A stretch of 48,876 nt of DNA from Craspedostauros australis (taxonomy: Eukaryota), in contig JALAGF010000378.1 in assembly GCA_030167865.1 (NCBI GenBank), positions 1-48,876 of the forward strand, given 5' to 3'. Below, one piece after another: positions 1-11,379 of this stretch. A program made the translations under genes and the position numbers. Numbering within the stretch: position 1 is the first letter of the stretch; every line of letters begins with the position of its first letter. Under the pieces are notes generated by a model. The model worked only from the letters and a program-made list of their open reading frames with translations. It was not told the origin of the DNA and ran no database searches.

Positions 1-2
1 TC

Positions 3-137
3 GACCAAGCTTCGGAGAACTTGGATCGGATCACAGAGAAGCGCATCGACCAAGCTGACGAGGCTGCAAAGCAGCGTATCGACCAAGCTTCAGAGAACTT
101 GCAGGGCATTGTGAACACCACAATTCTGACTTGCTGA
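3..137 (+). other. 3' fragment of a repeat-containing ORF entering from the left edge (IDQA repeats), possibly frameshifted or pseudogenic
   Basis: Frame from nt 3 reads DQASENLDRITEKRIDQADEAAKQRIDQASENLQGIVNTTILTC*. TCGACCAAGCT occurs three times. A Q/H-rich tail continues in another frame to about nt 253. Confidence 0.25.
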
Positions 138-288
138 AAGAGATTCAAAACGGCCAACAAGGCCAGCACCAACAACACCATCGACCGCAACAACAGCAAC
201 ACCAACGAACCAACCATCTGAGCTCTTGGCAGCTGTACATAGTCATACAATAACAGATAGCAGAAACTGGTTGTAAATCATTTGCATT

Positions 289-3200
289 CTATTGTTCGTA
301 TTCGTAGATTAGCATGCCATTTGCCAACAGCCATGCAACTTGTGAAGACGACATGTCATGCATGTCGTATCGCAGAGATTGTGAAATTGAATCAAAGTAT
401 TGGCTGTGGGTTTGATGATGTCGCCGCTTGGATCTTCGTGTGCGCACAATGCCATCATCAGCTGCTGCCGTCTGCGCCTGCTGGAGTTGGTTGAATGCGA
501 ACTCGTTGCAGCATTCGATTGCAGCAATGTACCGGAGCATGGGAGCGTAATCCAGACAGAATTGATGCTGCACCTGTATTGTTGAACCTCCAGCAACTCC
601 CGGTTCATTTCGCGATGGCAGTGCTGCTGACCGTCGTTGCAATAGATGCGATACTCGAGCAGGGTCGCCAATCACACTCTGCAACAGACTGAGCTGCAGT
701 CTGCTGGCTTCTGTGGTTCTGATTTGCGTCCGAGTGTCGCGCAGCACAGTTTGATCCCACAGCCCTGGAATTCGATGTGCGCCGATTGCGTTGGCGAGCT
801 CAATCCCAGTCGATGAATGAGACGATGGGATGACGAAATGATCTTCGTCAAAGGACTTGCCGTATGAGTAGATCTGCTCGTCGACGTCGAATTCGTTCGC
901 ATTGCAGTCGTCCACGGCGCTGTCACCTGTGGATGCTTGGCGCAGGCTGTTGGATGCCGATATCAACGACGATGAGGACGATTTGGGCGACGACGACGAC
1001 CACGAAGTGGATGATGATGATGATGTGATGGAGGTATCAAACCGCAGTCGATCGAGCGGCATCATCTCGCCTCGGACCTGAGCAGCCAAGATCATGAGTT
1101 CCTTTTCTCGCTTGGTCGGCTTGATGACGAGACAATCAGCCTGCCCGTAGAAAAAGTCGTCATCCTTCCATCCGGTTGCCATCAGCATCTCCTCTGTGGG
1201 TCTGCAAGAGTGCACAGAGTAGTGCGGAGTTGAGTATCAACATGCAGTCGAGTGCGGAAGTACAGGTAGTGTGGACAACACAATGATGGAAGAATCAAGG
1301 TGGAAGCGAAGTGAGAAAGTGTCGAGGATGGATGATTCCATGGATGACAGATCACTTCGTTGCTTCATCACCTCGCACATATCATAGCATGACCAAGAGC
1401 ATGGCCACAAGCACAAGCACAATTCCATTTGCATTCTCATACATGATATCAAGCATCTGAGCCCCAACCGAACTTACCGCTTCGATGATTCAGTCTTGCG
1501 ATGCTTGGTTTCATTACCATGGAGAGCACCTGCATCAATCAGATCACTCCCAAATCCCAAGCATGCGCCACACAAGTCAATTCCATCGCCCATGCGATCC
1601 ATCATATACGCTGCGTCACTCCTGTCGAGGGCCGCAGCAAAGAAATCATCATCGTCAACGCCATTGTTTGTGGTGGTGGCGGTAGTGGTGTTGTGAGTGC
1701 ATTCATTCCTTTTTGTGGTGCTGGCGGTGCTGATGTAGTTGGAATCGACACCGGGATTGGCATGGATACTGATCTGGAGTTGTTGTTGCTGCTGCTGCTG
1801 CTCGTGGTGCTGACAATGACGTTGCACATTGGAAGGAACAATTGCATGGGGGCAGACCATTGGAGTGGTTTGCATCGTGGTGGTCTCATTGTCATTGTTG
1901 GTGACAGCAACATACTGGATGCTGTGCTGCACACGGCAAGGAAGTTTCCAACCGTTGGGAAGGAGACGATCGTGGTGCACCGAGCCATTGTTGATCGAAA
2001 GATGCTGCTTCCGTCCATCCTTGTGCAGGATGCGAATTGGCGCACTCCATTGGAGAGACTCGATGTTGCTGGCTTCCATTGGTGGAATGACGGCGACGAT
2101 GGTCGTATCATTCATCACGATTGCTTCAGGACACAGTGTAGATCCGGCGTACACCTCAACTTGGTTGATGAGAGAGGTGAGGTGCATGCCTGTGATTGTG
2201 ATGATGGTGTGCTTATCGTGTGCGACTTCACGCGGATCGACGCGGAGAATGAGCGGATGTTGCGTCGAAGATTGAAGAGAGTGCGTGTTCTTGACACCGC
2301 CGCTTCTGCCACTGCTGCTTTCCCCATTCGCAAGCTCAGGAAGAATATGCTCGAGCTTCATGTGCAAGGAGGATGATGACAATGATGATGATGGTTGTTC
2401 CGGCATTGTGAGTGTTGCATTCGATGCATTAGTTCCGTTTCGTCCCATCTCTTTCACAACCACCTGCAGCTCGTTCAACAGCTGCCGCACATCACAATTG
2501 CACAGCTTCGCAGCTGCTGCCATGTGATGCTGAATCTGTGCAGCACTGAGAGCTTGGTTCAGTATCAGCTGCTGCTGCTGTTGTACAACCTGTATCAACA
2601 ATGGAACACATTCTGTGGGCGTCGGACGTGCGGTGATAAAGTGTTCGCATTGGATGTTGCGCAGCTGTGGTGGTCTTGTATTGGCCGTCAGGAAGATGGG
2701 GCATTTGGCCGTCTTGGCAAGACCAGAGAGGGCAGTCCAAAAGCCTGAATCTTCGTTGGCGTCATCAACAATATCCACTTCATCGATGAGGATGATTGTT
2801 AATGAGGATGCTTCAACGCCGGTGTGAGCTCCAGATGAAGAAGATGGCGAAGTGGTTGTAGAGTTCGCTGTTGCTTCTGAGTCTTGAGAGAGTGGCCAGT
2901 TGTTGTCGTCGTCGTTGTTGCCACTGCTCTGTACAAATGAAGATGCCGCTGCTGTTTGATTGTTCTGTCTGTGTTGGAATGTGAAAAAGGCCTCTCCACC
3001 TGCTGTTGAAGTCTTGCGCCTTCGGTTGAGCATGTCAAGAGAAGAGCAGCTCTGTGTTGCCTCTTGGATTCGATGTCTCAATGATGCCGCTGAACGTGCT
3101 TCGGTCGTGTTGATTTCCAGCACCTTGCATCGCGCCTGCTTCGCGACTGCATGCACCAAGCTGGTTTTGCCACTGGATGTGGGACCTGTGATGAGGCACA

Positions 3201-5313
3201 TGTTCCGCAGATCACAGTCACCAAACTCACCATCCTCCCACAAGTCCTGGTCATGGGAATTCTTCCTTCGCTTGGCCGATAACTTGCGTGCACCTTTCAG
3301 TTTCGTCTGACGGGCCATCATGCGTTCCATGGCCCTGCCTCTCGAAGTCTGCCACTGCTCGATCCAGCTGAGCATGGAATTGGCAGCTGCTTGATTGGAG
3401 GTGGACAGGATGGTGCCTTGCCCCTGCAGACCAAAGCGATCAACCCACGATTTGTTGCTGTTTCTTTTCCCATCCATTGCAGCTGGGTTGATGCCTGCTG
3501 CTGCTGTTGTTGTTGCGCCCTGCAATACCGTTCGCAGCACCTTCGTCAGCAAGTACTGTGACGAGGTGTCGACGTTCGGATTGCAGGTTGGCGCTGACAG
3601 CAAACGAGCAGAAGCTGCAGATTCCTGAAGCGAAGGTGTGCGTGGCTGTTTGGCGGCACTTCCTGCTCGCTGAATTCGATCCATCGAGTACCAGCTCGTG
3701 TCAACAGTTGGTGTTGCCGCTGCCGTTGCCGTTGCCGATGGCGCTGGTGCTGTAGGCTGTGCTCGCTTTGAGCCCGTGCCGGTGCTGTTGCCAGCAATCA
3801 CATGGGATGGTGAAGGGAACATGAGATGCAATGGGATTGATGGTCGTGATGCATTTGGTGGCAGGTAGTTGTTCATCATGATTGCTCTGATGCGCTCATA
3901 TTCGGACTGTGCGTCGCTGGGTGCGTTGGTAGAAGTGACACCTTGCTTCCTTCTCTGTCTCGCCAGTTCCTTCTGATGCTCCAATCTTCGTTGGGCTTGG
4001 AATTCGACTTGGCGCTGTTCTGCCAAGAAGGCAGAATGTGACCTGCTGCCATTGAGGAAGATGCTGGCGACATTCTTGCCATTGCCTCGTTTGGTTCGTT
4101 TGTTGCCGTGATGCTGCTTGCTTCTGCCCAATACACCAGCAAGGTTCGTCGTCGACGCGATCCGCTGATCGATGAGCATCGCCATCTCCGTTGCCTTCGT
4201 TGCAATCTCTTGTGATGACAGCAGGGCGGATGCAGCCCTCGCTTTGGACACTTGCACCACTTCGACGGACTCGCATGATGAAGTGTCTGACATCTTGCTT
4301 TTTGACAAGTCCACGAAGTCAGGGCGTTGATTGTTGGCTTGGTCTGATGTTGCGATTGCGGTTGCGATTGATCGCATGGTATTGACTTCGACGTTTGCAT
4401 TTGCGTTTGTGTTCGCGCTGGTGGACAGATCAAATGCTGGGGGTGCATTGCTCGGATATGATTCCTGCCTCTGTTGTTGGTTGGTTGTTGGTCGGTTGCG
4501 ATGTTGTGATTTCACTTTCTTGGATTGAAAGAAATTGTGCATCTTCGCTGGTTGTGCCTTCTTCGCTGCTGCTCTTTTTGATGAGATTTTGTTGCGGGTG
4601 GCGACTTTCGAAGTTGATTCAGCATCATCGTCATCATAGTCATCATCGCATTCATGGCTTGCCTTGGCCTGGATGGTATGCTGCTTGAGTTTGTGCTGCT
4701 GTCGCTTGAGCTTCCGTTGATGGTTCAGCTCCTCGCGTTTCGCTTGCGGTCGATCCTTTTTCACCACTCTTTGGAACAGCGATGCTGGTTGGCCCGATTG
4801 TGATGCCGTTGCCATGCGTGTCGTCGTTGATATCAGTCGTTTGTTTTCCTCTGTTGGCAGTTTGCAGTCGTCTGCTCCTCGTTTTTCCACGCAAGCTGGT
4901 CGACCCTTGCAGATCTTCTCGTGCGCCACGGCATCCTCGAAGCGCTCGAACTGCATCAGCTTGCAGACATCGCACATCCATCGCTTGACGGCCACGACCT
5001 TCCGTTTCTTCTTCGATTGGGATGCGATCTTGGTTGGCTTGAGCTCTTTTGCTGGCGCCATCTTGTCTCCTCCTTCGGTACGCGTGCGTCTCGTCATAAC
5101 CATTGCTGAAAGGGTTGACGACCCGCAGCCGCTGCCGTTGTCGGGGCAACCCGCCTCAACACACTCGGCTGCGTGCTGCTCCTGCTCTGAAGACGATATT
5201 ATCGATGAAGTGTTCGCGGATGTTGCGGTGACGCTTCTTGTCAGGCGGCGGGATCTTTCAGGACGCGGAGGCATCAAACGGATACTCGGTTTCACGCATG
5301 CGGTCGTCGTCAT
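289..5313 (-). CDS. ATAD5: ATAD5/ELG1-like RFC-family AAA+ ATPase (PCNA unloader); exons 5313-1478, 1201-289; ~1582 aa
   Basis: Walker A GPTSSGKTS, LEINTTEARS, Walker B IILIDEVD followed by DSGFWTALSGLAKTAKCPIFLTAN, and CNCDVRQLLNELQ, all behind a long disordered N-terminus. The intron (GTAAGT at 1477, TTGCAG at 1202) joins CG+A = Arg in frame. Confidence 0.85.
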
Positions 5314-5507
5314 GGTCGATGATGCAGCTGTCGTTGTCCTTGTTCTTGTTCTCGTCGTGTTCCTCGCACTTCGCAGTCTGCTTGCTCATTCGTGGACGGT
5401 GTTGATTCGTCGCTGCGTTGCCAAATCCTCTTTGGTCTCCACAATTTCATTCCGACACACGCTCGTTTTTGCCACCACGACACGATGACAAGACGGACAT
5501 TGTGCCA

Positions 5508-5747
5508 TTTCGCGCGTGTGTTGACACCTGCGCTCGTTTTCAGAGCTCTCTGCAATTTTGGCGCGGATTGCAGCTTAATTTAGTCCAAGAGGTCGATTCG
5601 ATGCACGCGAGTATTTTTCGGCGCGCTTCGGCGAACGACCCACTTGATCGGCTGCGAAGTTGTGTGTGTTTCATGTCTTAATAAAACATTCAGACATTAA
5701 TGAATTGTATGTTTGAAGATATGAGTGAGACATGATGATATTGGCGC
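5508..5747. promoter_or_regulatory. Cluster of E2F-like sites upstream of ATAD5
   Basis: TTTCGCGC at 5508-5515, TTTGGCGC at 5557-5564, TTCGGCGC at 5617-5624 (variant) and ATTGGCGC at 5740-5747 match or nearly match WTTSSCSS. Confidence 0.5.
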
Positions 5748-6223
5748 GCGCACGCAATCGACTTTAGCGAAAGCCAACATGCACGCTATCAATACAAAAA
5801 CATTCAGCGTCGTATACTCCGTACATAGTCGGCGATTCGTCATGTCACATTTTCACAGAGAACAGAATCGCAGTTCGTCCCTCACCGAAATCGTGACATC
5901 AAAAGAGGGAAGATGTTGGCGCCGCAAACTTCGTGACATGTCTTCAACATCGATTGTCGAACTCGCGCCAAGTGAGGAGCAAGAGAAACATCAAACCGGA
6001 GACGACACATGGTCATTATCGCAAGTTCCATCCTCACATCTCATTCCGTGACGGCAACAATTCTGAGCGTGACAGCAAGTGCCACGCACCTCACGTTGGA
6101 AGAGAACACACTTGCTCGAATAGAGACAGGCAAGTGCGCACAATCAAATTACGAGCCACCTTCAGGGCATCGAACAGCAAGCGGAACCGAGAGCATCCCG
6201 TCGACACCAACACGCAGGGCACC

Positions 6224-9200
6224 ATGCCGATGTACGTCCAACCGCCGAGTGCCAACGCCGGCAGCAATGGAGCCTTCATGGAGGAGGTCACGGAGGAGAT
6301 CATGAACGGCTTCTTCTGCCACTACGAACCACCCACATCGGAAGCCGCTCAGCGCAAGGCCGCTCAGCAGGTCATCAGCGGCGAGTACTCCAGCAGCAGC
6401 AGCAGCAGCACGGCCGCGAGCACGAAAGGAGGCCGCTCGCGCGGACGCAGCCCCTCGAGGCGCCGATCCACCTCCTCCGTCAAGAACTCGCAATCGGGCG
6501 CGTCGCAAGGCTCGAAGGATGCGCGTGATGAGGCCGAGGACGACCCACCGCCACCGGAGCGTCTCCGGAGCCGATCCAAGAGCATCCTCAAGGAGAGCCG
6601 GCTGACACGCAATTCCAGCGCGGTCAACCTCACCAGATCCGTGACATGGCGCGACCAGCCCAACCAGGAAAGGACGGAGCCCGAGCAAACGGCCGTCGAT
6701 CCAGAACCGCAGATGGCAGCGTGCGACTCTCCCAGCTGCGACTTCCTGCAATCATCAACGGCCGAGGATGGCGACAAGAACGACGTCGATCCCATCGAGG
6801 AATTCCGCAACAAGAAGTCGCCCAAGCACCAGAAGTCGGCGCCGTCCAACAGGAAGGTGTTGTACGATGATGAAGGCAACCCCATCAACGACGATGACGT
6901 GGAGGAGGAGGACGACATCATCATCAGCGGGCCGGATTTGGTCCTGGATGACGTCGACATCCAATCTCCTCGCAACAATAGCAAAGACGCTGCCGCATCT
7001 CCGGACATTGACAAACATGCAGAACATCGAGCTGAACCGCCGACACCAGCGATGCCATCCGCCTCGGCGTCTTCGTCCTTCTTCGGCTCCCTGTACGACC
7101 TTGCCAACAGCTGCGGACTCGCCGTCGGCGGCCCAACCGTGTTCCCAGAAACGCCAATCGCTGTGTCGGTGCCAATCTCCAAGAAGTCCAAACATACGAA
7201 GAACAACGCCAACACCAACGATGCCGAAGATGACGCAGACCAGATAAACGCTTCGAAGCCGACTCCAAACCGCCGGACGAAGAACTCCAAGCGTGCCAAC
7301 AGAGCAGACCACAACCAGAACGACAAGGATGCGAGTGTCCGAACTCAGAAGACGAACAACCGCACCACCGCCAACAAGCGTCCTCAGACCCCGTACAAGC
7401 CAGGCGAATCCTGGGACGACGACGCCTCTGGCCCCGATGCCCAACAACACAACGTGCCCACGCGTCGTCCTCGATCACGATCGTCCGAGAGGATCCGCAA
7501 CCTCAGCCGCGTGTACGAAGGCAACGCCGCTCATGCCAAGTTCTCCCATACCGCAAGGCCACGCCACAATCGTGACCAGGAGCACTCCGACGATGACATG
7601 GAGAACCGCAGCCACAATCACCAGACAAGCAGCCCTCAGGATCGCAAGCTCGAGACCAGCCGCCGCAGATCTGAGTCGTCGTCCAACGCAACCAAGCTCA
7701 TGTCCAACTCTGGCAACAACATGGTCGCCGGCGGCGTCCGAAACATGACGATCAATACCCAAACTCCACGTGGCGGAACGGCGGAGATCGACTCCCATTC
7801 CATCGCCTCGCCCAAGCAGGCCTACGAGAAGGCCGTCTCTCCAAAAGCTCCGCCAGCGCCCACCCCACAGAAGTCTCCCTTCGCCAAGGTACCGCGAAAG
7901 TGGAGGTTGGGATCAAAGGGAGCATGGAAGCATGCTGATGATATCTCCCTCACCTCGCTCCAGAACATGAACAAATCCAAGAAGTCGAAGAACGGCAAGA
8001 GCAAGACCAGCAAGAGTTTCGGCGGCAGCCGTGGCACGCCGAACTCCCTGTCCGCAAAGGCTGTCTACCATCAGCAACAGCAGCAACAGAAGAAGAAGCA
8101 GCGCAAGGAGCAGCAGCAGCAAAAACAGCAAGCGCGCAAAGAGCCACCTCAGACGCATAAAGTTCCCACAGCGCCGCGACGCGTCGAGCGCGTTCCAAGA
8201 CCGCAGCCGCAGCAGCTTCATCAAAAGGCGTCCCAGACCGCCAGGAAAGCACCACCACGTGGAGCAGTGGGGCCACCCGTTGCCGGCCTCAACGAAGTCA
8301 TCTCCACACGAGCCTCGTTGCGCAAGATCGAGCGCGTGTCGCCGTCCATGGCACGAGCCGAGGAGCTGGAAGAAGCGGCCAAAGCCACGGCCGACGCCAC
8401 GTCCAACATCCAGGCGGCATCGTCGAAAAAGCAGAGCTACGATGACATCATCGAACAGCGGATGACAAACAGCACGAACAGCAACAGCACACCCGACCAT
8501 GATGCTGACACCAATGCTAACTCCCGCCCTGCGCGCTACAACCGCGATCCAACACCACGAAGGACCTTTGCGAATGCCGTCTACAAGAGCGATGATGCAA
8601 ACCGCAACGATTCCATGCAGCGTGACAGCATGCCACCAACGCCACGCCGACCAGTCTCTTCGCATCGCGAGCACTCCGACGAAGACCGTCACAACCAACA
8701 ACAGGATCATTCCGCCAGCAGCAGGACCAAGCAACAGGGACAGCAACAGCGGCAACAACCACGTAGCATCTACGACCGTCATTTCCAAACCGGAACAGGA
8801 TCGTCGAACGGCAACAGCGGCAGCGGCGACAGCAACGTCAACGATCCGACCTCCTTCCAGTTCAGCCGAGGCCTGAAGAGCGGCAACAACGCCAGCAACA
8901 ATCCATCCCCCGCAGTGCACATCGCGCCCATGGACGACGTTCATCGGCTGCGCAACAGTGACACCGACAACACGGACGAGAACCTCACGTCCGGCGTCGA
9001 TCGATACCAGGGGAACCATGGAGATGACACAAGTGGCAGTGAAGGACGTGAAGACAACCACCACATAGCGAGCGCTGGTATCAACGGCGCAACCCGCAGC
9101 GCCAAGAAGACACCATCGAGTCCAGTGAGCATGATCACCACGAACACGGACTCAGAGATTCGCGAGGAGGTGTCATCCGTGGGAATGGAATCCAACACCC

Positions 9201-9532
9201 TGCGTCCCTTGATGCACAGCGCCAATCCATTCAACGTCTCCACCATCCCAGCACCAATCCATGAGGATGGTGCCGACGACACCACGAAGGAGCAACAGCA
9301 ACACCAGCGCATGAGTGCACTGCCATCCAGCAACGGTGACAACAGCGGTCTGGTGAGTCACTTTGATGTGGTTCAGAAGACCGGCAGCAGCTTTGACAGC
9401 CAAACATCGTCCCAAAAGTCCGCCAAGAAGAAGGGCTTCTTCAGCCGGTTGCGCGGCAGCGGTGGCAAGAAGAACAAGATCAAGGCAACCGATCTTGCCG
9501 CAGCAGCAGCCGCCGCAACAGCCGCTGAGTAG
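6224..9532 (+). CDS. Large intrinsically disordered hypothetical protein (~1102 aa) with SILK + RVxW PP1-docking motifs and a basic/amphipathic C-terminus
   Basis: The uninterrupted ORF runs 5933-9532; the first ATG with coding-like GC3 is at 6224 (MPMYVQPP). It is S/Q/N/D-rich and I recognised no globular domain. Confidence 0.75.
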   Translation: MPMYVQPPSANAGSNGAFMEEVTEEIMNGFFCHYEPPTSEAAQRKAAQQVISGEYSSSSSSSTAASTKGGRSRGRSPSRRRSTSSVKNSQSGASQGSKDARDEAEDDPPPPERLRSRSKSILKESRLTRNSSAVNLTRSVTWRDQPNQERTEPEQTAVDPEPQMAACDSPSCDFLQSSTAEDGDKNDVDPIEEFRNKKSPKHQKSAPSNRKVLYDDEGNPINDDDVEEEDDIIISGPDLVLDDVDIQSPRNNSKDAAASPDIDKHAEHRAEPPTPAMPSASASSSFFGSLYDLANSCGLAVGGPTVFPETPIAVSVPISKKSKHTKNNANTNDAEDDADQINASKPTPNRRTKNSKRANRADHNQNDKDASVRTQKTNNRTTANKRPQTPYKPGESWDDDASGPDAQQHNVPTRRPRSRSSERIRNLSRVYEGNAAHAKFSHTARPRHNRDQEHSDDDMENRSHNHQTSSPQDRKLETSRRRSESSSNATKLMSNSGNNMVAGGVRNMTINTQTPRGGTAEIDSHSIASPKQAYEKAVSPKAPPAPTPQKSPFAKVPRKWRLGSKGAWKHADDISLTSLQNMNKSKKSKNGKSKTSKSFGGSRGTPNSLSAKAVYHQQQQQQKKKQRKEQQQQKQQARKEPPQTHKVPTAPRRVERVPRPQPQQLHQKASQTARKAPPRGAVGPPVAGLNEVISTRASLRKIERVSPSMARAEELEEAAKATADATSNIQAASSKKQSYDDIIEQRMTNSTNSNSTPDHDADTNANSRPARYNRDPTPRRTFANAVYKSDDANRNDSMQRDSMPPTPRRPVSSHREHSDEDRHNQQQDHSASSRTKQQGQQQRQQPRSIYDRHFQTGTGSSNGNSGSGDSNVNDPTSFQFSRGLKSGNNASNNPSPAVHIAPMDDVHRLRNSDTDNTDENLTSGVDRYQGNHGDDTSGSEGREDNHHIASAGINGATRSAKKTPSSPVSMITTNTDSEIREEVSSVGMESNTLRPLMHSANPFNVSTIPAPIHEDGADDTTKEQQQHQRMSALPSSNGDNSGLVSHFDVVQKTGSSFDSQTSSQKSAKKKGFFSRLRGSGGKKNKIKATDLAAAAAAATAAE

Positions 9533-9588
9533 GTATTGAAACGCTATCGCGAGTGACTCTCGCAGACTGACGAGATATTGGTGGCTTC

Positions 9589-9612
9589 GGTTGCGGTTGC
9601 GGTTGCGGTTGC
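9589..9612 (+). repeat. (GGTTGC)4 microsatellite in 3' UTR
   Basis: Four perfect hexamer copies. Confidence 0.8.
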
Positions 9613-9969
9613 TTGGACACCATGACGAAGATAACAACACACCACAAATACATACAAGAACCGACGCAACGCACTCCAGTCCAAAACAATACAATACAAA
9701 ACATCACAGCGCCGCACACAACACAACGCACACACGAGGTACGATGATGACAGTAAATTAATGTTCATTTATGTTTTGAATTGTTCACAACATCATGGTG
9801 CTTGCATAGAATTGCTTTACTCTCTTGTGCTGTGCCACTCTGTTGCAGTCTTTGAGTATGTCAATGTCAGGAGAATACAATCTACACCAGAGGAATTGTC
9901 GCTCTCAAGGGAGCTGTCGTGAGGTGATGACACAAGAGAAGTTAAGACGATCGTCCTTGCGTGTCTCCT

Positions 9970-10935
9970 CTATTTCCCCTCCTCTTTCTCTTGCATGGCC
10001 TTCTTCATCATCTCCAGAAAGGAACCATCGTTCTTGATTGGAATGGATGCCAATGACGGTGTCTCTTTTTTGCTTTCGCTCTTCTCCTCCTCTTCCTTCT
10101 TTTGCTGCGCCAACGGGACGTAAGAGAATTCATCTTCCTCCTGCTGCGCATTGGGTTTGGACTTCTTGTTGCTGCTGCTGCTGTTTCCGTTTCCGTTGCT
10201 GCTTTCATTATCATCGCCTTCCGCATTGTCGACATCCAGATCGATTCCAGCTTTCTTGAGATTCTTCTTGCGCAACTTGGCATCCTTCATGCGCTGACGT
10301 TTGCGGCGGTTCTTGGCTGTCTTTTGCTCCTGCTCCATCTGCGCCTGCGTCATCTCTCGGCGATGCTCCTCCTCCGATCGACGCTGCTTCTCCACCTGGT
10401 CAATCTCCTTCCAGCGTTCCATCTCGCGTGCCCGGGCATGGCGGTAGACGTGGAACTCGCTGGATCCGGCACCCGCCGTGGATCCGTACGGGTTGACGAC
10501 CTTCTCGGCCTTGACTGTTGTATTCAATTGGATTGGATTGAATTTGAATTAGCGCCCATAGTATTGCGTGAGCGGGTATAGAAAAGGAAGGAATGGATCA
10601 ATGAATGGAATAATCAGTGGAGTCACGTCCGTAACGGTGAGAAGAGAGTCAATGAAAGTCGTGAAGGATGGATGGAAAACTCAAGAGAAGAGACGCCATA
10701 CCTTTCGAATGGCATGTCACCACCTCTCTCCATCTCCATCTCAAAGCATGAAATCAAGCACAAGCACAAGCATAGCAGCAAGGGATGTGTCAAGGCACTG
10801 AAAGTTCACGATCGTGGACGCACCTGACGACGACTTGGCCTCCGCTTCTTTGCCTCCCTTCGCTTGATCGTACGGAATACTCTGCACATTCTTGTTGCTG
10901 TCCGCGTAGGACTGGACGGATGTGTACCTTCCCAT
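9970..10935 (-). CDS. PRKRIP1: PRKR-interacting protein 1 homologue (spliceosome-associated); exons 10935-10824, 10514-9970; 218 aa
   Basis: Signature VVNPYGSTAGAGSSEFHVYRHARAREMERW followed by a charged coiled coil and KTAKNRRKRQR. The intron CAG|GTGCGT...CAACAG| joins G+TC = Val in frame. Confidence 0.9.
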
Positions 10936-11379
10936 CTTGCTCTGCCTTCAATTCTTCCTTTCCTTTCTTCTGTTCGTTGTCGATGTCTTCGGCGACTGCG
11001 GTTGTGCCCGTGCTTCCGAGAGATGGATGACTGAGGGAGCAATCGGGCCTCTTTGTTCTCTCTGTGTCTGTTGTGTGGTTTGTTCCGTTCTGTTTCGCGT
11101 TTGTTTCTGTGTCTTTGTTGGTTGTGTGCGTTTTGCCTCTCAGTCTGTCCGCCACACCGTTTTGCGCGCGGAAATTCAATCCACCGACATCACTGTCATC
11201 CCAAGGATACGCACATCAACGCAACAGATCCAATCAACCTTGCAGGCATCGGAAGGAACCACCTTGCCATCTCTTCCTCCGTCTTGTGAAGTCCACAGCG
11301 CATCATACTATATACCACCATATCGCATCTCCAAACGGCTCTGCGCACTCTCTCTCTCTCTCCAGAGAGACAAACAGCA

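Noticed and set aside
5933-6223. N-terminal extension of the 1199-aa ORF from a GTG start
   Set aside because: It is a non-ATG start in a eukaryote and the sequence looks like 5' UTR. ATG 6224 is preferred.
6149-9342. Many long antisense and alternative-frame ORFs (here and over the PhyH, eIF4A-III and TLK genes)
   Set aside because: These are shadow ORFs expected from GC3-rich coding sequence, and they contain no motifs.
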